64,000 bases of DNA from Selaginella moellendorffii (lineage: Eukaryota > Plantae > Lycopodiophyta), in the NCBI RefSeq assembly GCF_000143415.4, contig NW_003314319.1, positions 134,115 through 198,114 of the forward strand, given 5' to 3'. The number at the start of each line of letters is the position of its first letter. The stretch's first letter is position 1. Position numbers and translations under genes: made by a program. Below are positions 1 to 9,952 of this stretch, one piece after another. A model generated the notes under the pieces. It was not told the DNA's origin, did no database searches, and saw only the letters and a program-made list of their open reading frames with translations.

Positions 1-230
1 TGTCAAAATTCCTCGCTTTACGTCATTCCACTGCGCCATTCGATCTACTTCGCCGCTTTCTTTCACCCAAGGCAAGATGTTCGAATCTCTACCCGAAAAC
101 ACTATAAACACTAAAAGGAGTGATCAGTTGAGGGTTATACACTCTTTCCTTTTTACATATCATTACTTTAGTTTTTTTAGTTGCTCCAATTTTGCCTTTA
201 CCTTTAAATCGAAAAACTAGGGCAGTGGTT

Positions 231-238
231 TAGGGTTT
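231..238 (-). promoter_or_regulatory. telo-box (AAACCCTA) immediately before the RCL1 ATG; similar motifs lie near the 5' ends of several other genes (~14536, 16451, 20556, 20642, 24334, 24642, 31728, 44145)
   Basis: TAGGGTTT at 231-238; telo-boxes are established elements of plant ribosome-biogenesis and housekeeping promoters. Confidence 0.6.
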
Positions 239-1685
239 ATGGCACGGATGAAAGGAGCCCAGCATTTCCGGCAGCGCCTCGTGCTCTCGACGCTCTCCAA
301 CACCGCACTGAGGATCGATGACATCCGCGCGGACAGTGAGGCGCCTGGATTGTGTGATTTCGAGGCGAGCTTGCTCCGTCTGGTGGAGAAGATCAGCAAT
401 GGCTGCGGGATAGAGATCAATGAGACGGGTAAGCGTCTCGTCTTTCGCTCCTTGATCTCTTATTTTCAGCAGCCCAGGCACGAAGCTGCGATACAAGCCA
501 GGGATTTTAGCTGGTGGACGCAACCTCGTCCACGATTGTGGGACGGGTCGCGGAATTGGATACTTTCTCGAGCCTCTCATCATCTTGGGATTGTTTGGAA
601 AAAAGCCGCTCTCGATCACACTGAGAGGTATGATTTCCTCCATATCCATATCGTTTTTTTCCTTTTCCTTGTTTCTTTCTTCTTCGTGTTTAGATTTCCA
701 AGTCTCTCGGTTGTTAACTAGAATTCTTTGTGGCCTGTGACAGGCATTACAAATGACAGCAGGGATCCCTGCGTCGACACCTTTCGCACAGCAACACTGC
801 CAATGCTCAAGCACTTTGGTGTTCCAATCGAAGGCCTAGAACTCAAGGTTGTTGCCCGCGGAGCTCCTCCCTTGGGTGGCGGCGAAGTCGTCCTCAAAGT
901 TCCCATTGTCCCCAAGAGCCTCACGGTCAGTTTCTCCAAACTCCTCTTCTTTTCTTTCTCTCCTCGCTAAGAATCCTTCGCCAGGCTGCTACATGGGTGG
1001 ACGAGGGCATGGTGAAACGTATCCGAGGAGTGAGTTACTCCACACGTGTCTCACCTCATATGGCCAATCGAATGGTCGATGCCGCTCGTGGCGTGCTAAA
1101 TCGCTTGCTCCCCGACGTGTACATCTTTACCGATCACTACACTGGTTCGGAGTCCGGGAAGTAAGTTCCATGATTTTGTGCTGCAAAGTAAACTTTTTTC
1201 ATCTTGCTTCCTTTGTCATGGCACAGATCTCCGGGCTATGGGATCTCACTGGTGGCAGAAACGACCACCGGCTGCATTTTAAGCTCCGAGTGTGCGGCTA
1301 CGCATTCAGGAGCATCCGAGCTCCAGCTTCCAGAGGACCTGGGGACGCAAGCAGCCATGTCCTTGCTACAGGAGATAAAGCTGGGAGGAGTTGTAGATTC
1401 AACTCACCAGGTATCCATCTTTGAAGCTGGAAAGGAAAGAAGTCGATCTCACAAACTTTCCTGTTTGCCATACAGGGGTTGCTGTTCATCCTCTGTGCTC
1501 TGTGCCCGGAAGATGTTTCCAAAGTCAGGGTCGGGAAGCTCTCTTCTTACGGTATCAAGACGCTGCAACACATCAAAGAATTCCTGGGAGTGCAGTTCAG
1601 TATCAAGCCTGACCCGGCGACAGGCACAGTTCTACTTACGTGCGTTGGAAGTGGCTTCCAAAATCTCTACAGGAAAGTTTCATGA
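239..1685 (+). CDS. RCL1: RNA 3'-terminal phosphate cyclase-like protein (18S rRNA biogenesis), ~6 exons
   Basis: Spliced peptides FRQRLVLSTLS..IDDIR, IEINETG|TKLRYKPG, GITND..DPCVDTFR, RGAPPLGGGEV, SPGYGISLVAETTTG, PEDLG, GGVVDSTHQ, CVGSGFQNLYRKVS*; short GT-AG introns (e.g. 429-477). Confidence 0.95.
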
Positions 1686-1751
1686 GTCACCGGGGCCATA
1701 GCTCTAACAAAAGGAAACCGAATCAGTTAAATGGAACTTTTTCTTACCACG

Positions 1752-2127
1752 CTAGAAGCCATCGGTCTTTTCCAGCAGCAGCGCGTCCATCCTTGATGTG
1801 CACAGCGATCCGAGCCACGGCCTCAAACTCCAGCCAGCCATCCACGACCATGTCCGTCACTACCAGCCGGGGGCTCTCGAAAGTCTGGATGGCGGTGAGC
1901 TCCCGGAGTTAATCCTCACGGCTTGCTTCTATACTGGCTAGAGCGTCTCGCACTATAAGAGCTGTGTGGTGACTCCCGGACAGTTTCAAGCTATGGTGAG
2001 GACCAGATCGAGGCACTTGAGCATGCAGCTGAAGATCGAGAGCATTTTCCCATTAGATGTCTCCCGTATCAAACGTTGATGTCTTTTAGTGACTCAAGAA
2101 CAGCGTGAGGCGTGGGCATTTTAGACA
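1752..2127 (-). pseudogene. heavily deleted copy of the last exon of the DExH helicase gene (9953-10978)
   Basis: Collinear near-identical blocks: ctagaagccatcggtc, gcctcaaactccagccagccatccac, ccatgtccgtcactaccagcc, agctatggtgaggac..atcgaggcacttgagcatgcagc, gaggcgtgggcattttaga; ~1025 bp reduced to ~375 bp. Confidence 0.9.
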
Positions 2128-2436
2128 AAATCGGTTGAAAAAGCGTCTTAACCAGCAAAGAATCCCAATGAAACCAATCCTCTCTTGAGACATAGCCCTT
2201 AGACGTGCAAAAGATCAAAGTGAGTATTTAAAAACTAAGGTTTATTACTAAATAATTAGGGTTTCTGAAATTTCTCTTAAACGGACATCCTTTTTTGGCT
2301 AAATCAGGATAAAAGAAATGTTATATATAATCGATGTATATTTCTATCGTCAAACGAGAAACGTATGGAGGCGTGAGCTTCTTTTGAGCATTTCTACTAA
2401 TCCCAAAGCTTTACAGTGAGTGGCCTTACAGAGCAT

Positions 2437-4080
2437 CTAACCAATTAATCTCTTTCGAAGAGTGACGCTATAAAACTTTACTGTTCTCATGGACAATATC
2501 AAGCTCACAATGGACGCAAACAAGCACAGTCCAGCCATGACGAAGAAGGTCGCTCTGTAGCAATGCGATCCATGGCAAAGGAGATCACCACCGTCCGGTC
2601 CAAGCTTACTCTCGCGATCGTATAGAACTCCGGCCACCCGGACGGACAAAACATAAGTTCCCAGTGCCTTAGCAACGTAAGTTACGTTTTGGAGCGTTCC
2701 ATAGAACCTGAGCCCGAAGATCTCGGCTATCATGGTGTAGAGAACCGACCACTGCCCACCGATTGACAGCCCGATCAAAATCGAGCCGTAGAAGAGCGCT
2801 CCGGGAAGCCCAAGAGCGATTATCAAGCTCCCAAGCGAGAGAAGCAAGAGAACCAGGCACAGAAAGAAAGGCCTTGCGACGCCATAGCTTGCGAGGCACG
2901 TATCCGAGATGAAGCCGCAGCCAACGCCACCGATGAAGTCCCAGATGCTAAGCAGAGCGATGAAAGTGGTTGTTCCGGCCTGGGAGTAGCCCAGCGACGT
3001 TCCAATCTGGCCGAAATTGTTGGTCACGGTGAGCACAGCGCCAATGCCACAGGTTGACGCCACAAAGATGAGAAGCATGTCGATGCTACAGAGCGCCTGG
3101 AGGATTGTGAAATCGTCTCCACGCTTGACGGCCGATCCTTTAAAGAAGAAGATCGCGCTGTGCGAGGCGATAGCTGGGGCAGCGGCGTTTGCTCCATGAT
3201 CCGGAGGATCTACGTTGACAACGTTGTTGCCATGATCTTGATTATCTGCTTGAGCTGCGTTCTCCACTAGATCAACCTCGCGATGGAAGGTTTTGGATTC
3301 CTGTCTCAAAACCACAAGAGCTGGGATGGAGAGTATGAGCAGCATGATGGAAAAGAAGGCCTTGATGATCCTAGATTCCAGGCGCACGAAATGCTGGAGG
3401 ATGATAATCGCCATGAGATATCCAGCCAGGATCAAGGTTACCGACAAGAAGACAAAGAGCGTTCTCGAGTCATTGTAGCGGCCGTCGAGTGGGACGGATC
3501 GAATGACAAACGCGAAGAGAAGGCATAAGAGCGATGGAAACCAGGCCAGCAAAAGGACGAAGGAATCATCGCTGCGGGAGAAAAAGGCCTGGTAAAGCAG
3601 AGTGAACATCGCAACGCTCAATCCCTGTGTGCTGTCGAAAAGACTAAGAACCATGCCCTGGTTCTTGGGGAAATTCTTGGCACAGGCCACAAGGACAGCG
3701 GTGGTGGTGAAGGCTGCCGACGCGCCGATCATAAAGAGATAGAAGCACAGCTCCCAGACGTGGGGGTGTGCGATTCTCTGCGTTGTAGCCAGCCATATCG
3801 TGAAGTATCCAGCGAAGTTTAGCGCGAATCCAAGAAGGAGCACGACCCAGGGCCCGGTGAGATCGTAAACGAGGCCGGAGAGAATGCCAACGCTGGTGCC
3901 AACGTCCTTGAAGAAGCTTATGGTGTTGATATTCTTTTGGTTGTAGCCGAGGGATAGCTTGAGATGCTGCGAGAAGAGGCTGAAATTGTTGAGTGATCCT
4001 CCTGAGGAGATCATGAGGAAGAAACTTGCCAATGCAACTATCCATCGACTGTTGTAGAGGTGTGTTCTCGTCCCAACCAT
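2437..4080 (-). CDS. nodulin-like / NFD4-like major facilitator superfamily transporter, copy A (intronless)
   Basis: ORF with many hydrophobic TM segments; LKLSLGYNQ, KNFP..G, RGDDFTILQAL, GQIG.SLGY, EIFGL..YGTL, VAG.LYD.E, C.G.HCY motifs. Start placed at MVGT by comparison with copy B. Confidence 0.92.
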   Translation of the reverse strand: MVGTRTHLYNSRWIVALASFFLMISSGGSLNNFSLFSQHLKLSLGYNQKNINTISFFKDVGTSVGILSGLVYDLTGPWVVLLLGFALNFAGYFTIWLATTQRIAHPHVWELCFYLFMIGASAAFTTTAVLVACAKNFPKNQGMVLSLFDSTQGLSVAMFTLLYQAFFSRSDDSFVLLLAWFPSLLCLLFAFVIRSVPLDGRYNDSRTLFVFLSVTLILAGYLMAIIILQHFVRLESRIIKAFFSIMLLILSIPALVVLRQESKTFHREVDLVENAAQADNQDHGNNVVNVDPPDHGANAAAPAIASHSAIFFFKGSAVKRGDDFTILQALCSIDMLLIFVASTCGIGAVLTVTNNFGQIGTSLGYSQAGTTTFIALLSIWDFIGGVGCGFISDTCLASYGVARPFFLCLVLLLLSLGSLIIALGLPGALFYGSILIGLSIGGQWSVLYTMIAEIFGLRFYGTLQNVTYVAKALGTYVLSVRVAGVLYDRESKLGPDGGDLLCHGSHCYRATFFVMAGLCLFASIVSLILSMRTVKFYSVTLRKRLIG

Positions 4081-4467
4081 GATCCTGGTAGCTATATCAA
4101 TCAGCACTTAGCACTTCGTAAGTCACTGTTTTTTCTTGTCTCAATGACTAGGTTTTCTACCCGGCTTTCCAGAAAACAAAGGTTTTCTGGAAACCAAGCA
4201 AGCCTGGACAGCGCACAGGGAGGGAGCTGCGAGATATGCAAGATGCGGCTTCAATTTTCAATCTTGCATTTTTGCATCCATCAGTTTCATGCTTGACAAT
4301 GGACTATCTATTTAGTTATATTTGCCAAGCATGAGACTGAAAGATGCAGAAAATCGATGGTACATCTTGTGCTCGCTCCTTCGCTGCTGCTGCCTGCCGA
4401 CTTCGTCGAAACAGCTCTCGAGAAATATTAAAACAAATACGTGTTGTTTTAAGTAATTGACATGATG

Positions 4468-4555
4468 GCCACGTGGGCTGCCACCTAGAAGATCTTTCGC
4501 GAATCATCGGCCATGTGACTTGGATTTTAACGTCATGGAAAATCAACTATATAAA
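4468..4555 (+). promoter_or_regulatory. G-box/ABRE-like GCCACGTGG (4468-4476) and TATA box TATATAAA (4548-4555) in the MFS/2OGD divergent intergenic region
   Basis: Motifs read directly; the TATA is conserved in the second copy (55346-55353). Confidence 0.55.
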
Positions 4556-4592
4556 CCAACCAATTCTATGCAATCTCATTCATCTTACAGCT

Positions 4593-5804
4593 ATGCCTTC
4601 CTTTGTTGCAAATGCCAATCAGCACACTGGTGTCAAAGCTCTCATGGATAATGGCCTCGTTACCATTCCTGGCCGTTATATCAAACCTCCCAGCCACCGA
4701 GCTGTGAAGCATTTGATCGTTCCCGGAGTGGAGATCCCTGTGATTGACATGGCTGCATTGGAGAGTGACCGAGAGGAATTTGTTCAAACTTTGTGCATGG
4801 CTTCGAGTGAATGGGGCATCTTTCAGGTATTTTGAATGTATCGTACCTAAAATTGATCATTCATAATATGATGTCACATGCCACAGGTGATCAACCACGG
4901 GATTCCTGTTGAAACGATGCAAGGCATGGTCTATGGAGTGCTTGAGCTCTTTGATCTTCCTATTGAGGAGAAGATGAAGTATTATACGGAGGAGGTGTTT
5001 GTGCCAGTGCGGTACTGTACAAGTATGACACCTTCTCAAGAGACTCATATGGAGTGGCACGATCACTTTCAGCACTACTTTTCAAACAGAGAAAAGGAGC
5101 ATCCATGGCCGGAAAAACCAGCGTGCTACAAGTAAATGAGCTTGATCAATCTGGATTTCATGAGATTGCTTTTTCTTGGATATTGCAGGAGGCTCGCTTC
5201 CAGCTATGTTTCAAGCGTGAAACATCTGAGTCAGACTCTGTTGTCGGCTTTGTCAGAAGGGCTCGGGCTGGATTCAAACTGCCTCGCGAAATCTTTTGGA
5301 GACTCAGAGATGATCTTGCGATCGAATTACTATCCACCGTGCCCAAATCCTGATCTTGCTCTTGGAATGAATGGCCATACCGACAGCGGCGGTTTGACAA
5401 TCCTGTTTGAAGATCAAGTTGGTGGACTCCAGGCCAGGAAAGGTGATCTCTGGTACGACTTGAAGCCTATAAAGAATGCATTCATTGTGAACATCGCTGA
5501 TCAGCTTGAAGTAAGCTATTATATTGACTTGGATTGATTTCTATCATGGTTTTCATGCCAGATTTTGAGCAATGGCAAATACAAGAGCATTGAGCACCGG
5601 GTCCTTGTCCAGCCTGATCAAACTCGTCTCTCCATCGTGGCATTTTGCAATCCATCGCGGGATGTTGTGATAGGACCCCTGCCAGAATTTATCGATCAGC
5701 AAAACCCGCCGCTCTACAGGTCAACCTTATACGAAGAGCACATCACAAATGTCTACACAAAATATTTGGATGGCAAGCATTCACAAAAGCTCCAAATAAA
5801 CTAA
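4593..5804 (+). CDS. 2-oxoglutarate/Fe(II)-dependent dioxygenase (DOXC class), copy A, 4 exons
   Basis: IPVIDM, EWGIFQVINHGI, NYYPPCPNPDLALG, GHTD (HxD), EHRV (distal His), RLSI (RxS); three short GT-AG introns. Confidence 0.95.
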
Positions 5805-5923
5805 ACCGCTCTGACTTGCAGTGAGCTGTCATTAAAATAAAATAATACAAATAATGAAATAACACAAGACTATTTATCTTCAGCATGCCATCGAACATCA
5901 ACCAAGGTCTTCAAAATACCCAC

Positions 5924-6023
5924 NNNNNNNNNNNNNNNNNNNNNNNNNNNNNNNNNNNNNNNNNNNNNNNNNNNNNNNNNNNNNNNNNNNNNNNNNNNNN
6001 NNNNNNNNNNNNNNNNNNNNNNN
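5924..6023. other. assembly gap (100 N)
   Basis: Run of N. Confidence 1.
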
Positions 6024-7335
6024 TGACGTCTGAGGCATGCAAAGATCTCCACAAAGGCACAACTGCATTCTTGCTTCCAATCTCCACTATTGCTAGTTCA
6101 ACTGGTGCTCATATATGAAACTGCAGCAGGTCAGGAGATCTTCAAACCTGACACCAGATCATGCAACATTATGCTCAACAGAAAACCTTTCCTTTTATGA
6201 AGTCGCCCTGCCTGACATAGTATCTGATGCTGAGAGTGGGTATTTTGAAGACCTTGATTGATGTTCGATGGCATGCACCCTTGTGGGATCTAATCACAGG
6301 GAACTTGATGATAACGTGTTTGCACAGTGCTTCCAGAGTAGACAGTTCTTTGAGATTTTGCCCAAGTGGAACGAGGTAGCATGATGGAACTGCCTGACAT
6401 GCCAGGCCCCCGTCGGCCATGTTTGACATTGCTGTCATAGAATGCCTTCTCGTGAACAAATGATATATAAGCACATAGTGCCGTGTTTGAGAGGATGCCA
6501 CTTCACGATGTTGTGTCGTCCAACAACTGAGTTTGCACAATGGAATGGATGCGGAGGCAAGGAGGATATTTTTTGTAAAGAAAGAAAGGGGTATGATCTC
6601 TTGCAATGTGACGATTTTATTGTAGAGCATTTTTTTTCTAGCAAAAGATGATTCAGTCCAGCTGGGTACATGGAATACTCTAGCAAAATCGTTGACATGA
6701 CTTGTGGTTTGACGAAAAGTTTTGAGGACAACATGAAAATTGAGATGACAAGAAATGTTTGATTAAATGTCGATGCACAAAGTATTGTAAACGTCAGTGT
6801 TTCAGAAAATGGCTGCTTGGAGCAGTGCCAAAATAGATAAATAGATTCCGCTTGGACGAGGCCAGGCTTGCATTCCACAGAATGCTGCAAATGCACGTTG
6901 TGTCGTGGAGCTCGGTGATCACGGGGCTCTTTCGCTGGGCATAGTCGTTGAGGCCAGGGAACCCTTCACATCCATGCACTGATGTCACGGTATGGAACAT
7001 CATGACCTCGGCTCTTCTTCTTTCGCAGATACAAGTGTAAAGATTGTGAGCAAAATAGCTACTTTCAGGAAGCTGTCACAACTCCATGTAATGCCTGTCC
7101 TCATGTCGTGGAATGCCATGATGCGCCACCAGGCAAGGCCCTCTTTCTCTTCCGGATGATGAACTTGGCAGGGATTGTGCCGGGCAGGATTGCCTTTGCG
7201 ACCATTCTGGCCCCTTCCGGGCTTGTCAATGAGGCGTTGACGCAATTTGTGTCGATGCCCGCTGACTTTGGGTTGACTCTCACACGGGAGCACTACTGCT
7301 GCGTTTGAATTCTAGCGAGGTCTGAACAGCTAGAT
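6024..7335 (+). pseudogene. decayed PPR gene, inverted paralog of the PPR at 62052->64000
   Basis: gcaacattatgctcaa (6163) matches the reverse complement of the window end; GYFED..MFDGM and AVFERMPLHD blocks; GKALFLFRMMNL.G..P.RIAFATIL..SGLVNEALTQFVSM.ADFGLT.TREHYCCV; many frameshifts and deletions. Confidence 0.9.
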
Positions 7336-7749
7336 TATAGAATGGGGGAATCTTCCGCAAATCTTCCACACCAGCAGCTTGGCAAGGAGCAAATAAAGAC
7401 AGCTCCGGTTTCTAAGGGTGGTTCTGGCGTGATGACCATCACCTGGGAGGAGTGCGCAAGGGCAATGGTGGTGCTACTGTCAACAAGTGGTTACGCAAGC
7501 GCCTTAAAGGAGGGAGCATGAGCACCTGTGTCAATACTGTACCGTGTAGAGCCCTGGACATTTGTGGTGCATTGCCCAGAAAATGCACTACAAATGTCCC
7601 CAGGGGACCTAGTTGATAGAGTTCTTATAGTACTGGCAGAAGTGCTCAACTTCCTTTCGTGGTGCTTGTATAACTGCTCGTTGACCCATCTTTATTCTAA
7701 GATTCTCAAAATATTCCCGTGTGGCTGGTAATTTTCTAGCTTTCTGCAA

Positions 7750-7815
7750 ATGCCCCAGTGGAATTTCGTGTCATGGACAGCGATGCTTCCATATGGCCTT
7801 TCAGGGCATCTGCTA
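7750..7815 (+). pseudogene. isolated PPR motif fragment
   Basis: MPQWNFVSWTAML.YGLSGHL resembles a PLS PPR motif (MP.RNVVSWTAM..AY...GH). Confidence 0.5.
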
Positions 7816-8547
7816 CCTGCTGTGCACTCCGTGATGTCATTAACAAGGCAGACGTCAAACAAACGCGAAATTTATTTAATTTTTTTAATATTATTATATC
7901 ACCCTTTTGTACTTGAATGGAGTTTTAGAATCGATAGCGCAAATTTCTGTGGGATCTCCATTTCAATCAGTGGTGAGATGAGATGCTACAATAGATCACT
8001 CTTGCCCTGTATATCCTCCCAAGCTCGGATTCCAGCCACCGGCATAGAATAGGCGATATTTTTGAAATTCCTATTTAACTTTCCAATTAGTTTATAAGTA
8101 GTTAGTTTTGTATCCTGTAGGATCAGACACTTCCTGGTGATCTTAGAGGAACACACTTCACCAGTGTGTTCAGAACATGGACAAAGAGAAGGCATGTCTT
8201 AATTATGAGTTAATTTTAGCAGTGTTTATTTCAATATTCATTCATTTATTCATTCAGGCCTTTGGAGTGGCCCCCAAGAAGCATGAGACTAATGGATTCA
8301 AATATGCCACAGTAACTTACCATAGTTATTTGTCATCCAATCTTGTTGGCATTTATGTCATCCACTTCGTCCTTGTGGCTGTAATATGGTATAGTGTGCT
8401 GGAAACTTTTCTCATTAAAAGATGAATCAAGGGATTCTGAGTAGCAATGACTCTGTAGAAAGTAGTTTTCAATCTCCATCAACACAAAGAGTTTGCAAAG
8501 AAGTTTCTTCTTTAGTCTGCAGTATTCAATCTAATCATGAAATTTAA

Positions 8548-8641
8548 GAGGATTAGTGTGGAGGAACCCTCCACTACTTTGATCCAGAAAATATGTATTT
8601 TTTAGATTAGAGTAGCAGACGGTACCTCCATACTAATCCTC
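8548..8641. repeat. ~94 bp imperfect inverted repeat (MITE-like hairpin)
   Basis: Left arm gaggattagtgtggaggaaccctccactactttgatccagaaaata vs reverse complement of right arm gaggattagtatggaggtaccgtctgctactctaatctaaaaata. Confidence 0.75.
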
Positions 8642-9638
8642 CAATAGGATAGATTTTCCTCCACATTTTTGCTTTGTAGGTCCTAATGTTTAAAAAATCA
8701 GATTTAAAGCTGGAACTTAAAGTCACCAGAAACTTACCTCATCAACTGCCACTCCTTAACACTGCCAGCCCGAGCAAATCACACTAGTGAAATTGTATAA
8801 ACTGACTTTGGTTTAGATTTTGACTAAAATATTACATTTTGCACTAGGCCCTAAACCGTGCATCTGTATAGAACTGTATCCATGCCTTTACAGTGCCCAA
8901 ATTGAATGGGTGCAATCTCACAGCTCTTACCTCAACTTGTTTGTGTGAGGATCTCCAACAACCAATGCTTACAATGATGTTTAAAGTTCCCCTGTTTCAT
9001 GAGGAGTGCACTTAAATGGTCCAGGTCTATATTTTCTGGATTACCAAACTTGGAGCGATGGATGGCATGGCCAAACGTGGATAAGACTTTTTGCTTTTTT
9101 GAAAAAGAAGCATGAGGTACAATAGGTAGTTGAAGTTGAACATGTCTTTGTTGTCTTCGTGCACCTAAGTTTTGCCACCAATATGCTAGCTTGTTGGAAT
9201 GATCATCAAACCTAGATCTTGATCGATGATTACATGGTTTCACTCTGGAAGCTACCCCTTATTTGTGTTTGTGAAATGTAATATTAACCATTCCAAAGAC
9301 AACAAGCTTATATGGGTGGAATGAAAAGTTACAAGAATATCATTTACTTTGCACACAAATTTACATTGGATCACTAAAGACAAAAGTTGGTTTCAGACAA
9401 TGAATTTTATGTATTAGAACAATTTTACTCTAATTGGAGTTCTAGACTAATTAGCAAATGGTCTTTGGTTTCAATTTACTTTTTAAAACCATTTGAAACC
9501 TGGCTATTTTCTCCATTCGCATTGTTTGAATCGGGACATTCCAAGACATATAAATTTGGCTGAGACACAAGCTGTGACTCTCCTTCCCTTGATTCTACAT
9601 TTTACACTGGTCTGGAGTCTAGAAAGTTCGTGCCTACG

Positions 9639-9875
9639 GGTGGCAGAAACGACCACCGGCTGCATTTTAAGCTCCGAGTGTGCTGCTACGCATTCAACAG
9701 GGGACCTGGGGACCACGTCCTTGCAGGAAAAATGTCGATCTCACAAACGGTTTGCTGTTCATCCTCTGTGCCGGAAGATGTTTCAAAGTCAGCTGCAACA
9801 CATCAAACATTTCGTATCAAGCCTGGTTCTACTTACGTGCGCGGAAATGGTTTCAAAATCTACCGGGGAGTTCCA
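9639..9875 (+). pseudogene. heavily deleted copy of the RCL1 3' end (1251-1685)
   Basis: ggtggcagaaacgaccaccggctgcattttaagctccgagtgtgc is identical to 1251 onward; retains a piece of the last intron (gtcgatctcacaaac); multiple internal deletions. Confidence 0.92.
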
Positions 9876-9952
9876 TTGGGATCCGAGCAGCCAAAGCTCA
9901 TAAGCAAACCATATCAGCTATATAAGTAACGAACGAGCTTTTTCTCACCAGA

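Noticed and set aside
2128-9638. Insert as a Helitron, Pack-MULE or CACTA element
   Set aside because: No convincing TIRs, short TSD or TC..CTAG ends seen by eye; mechanism left open.
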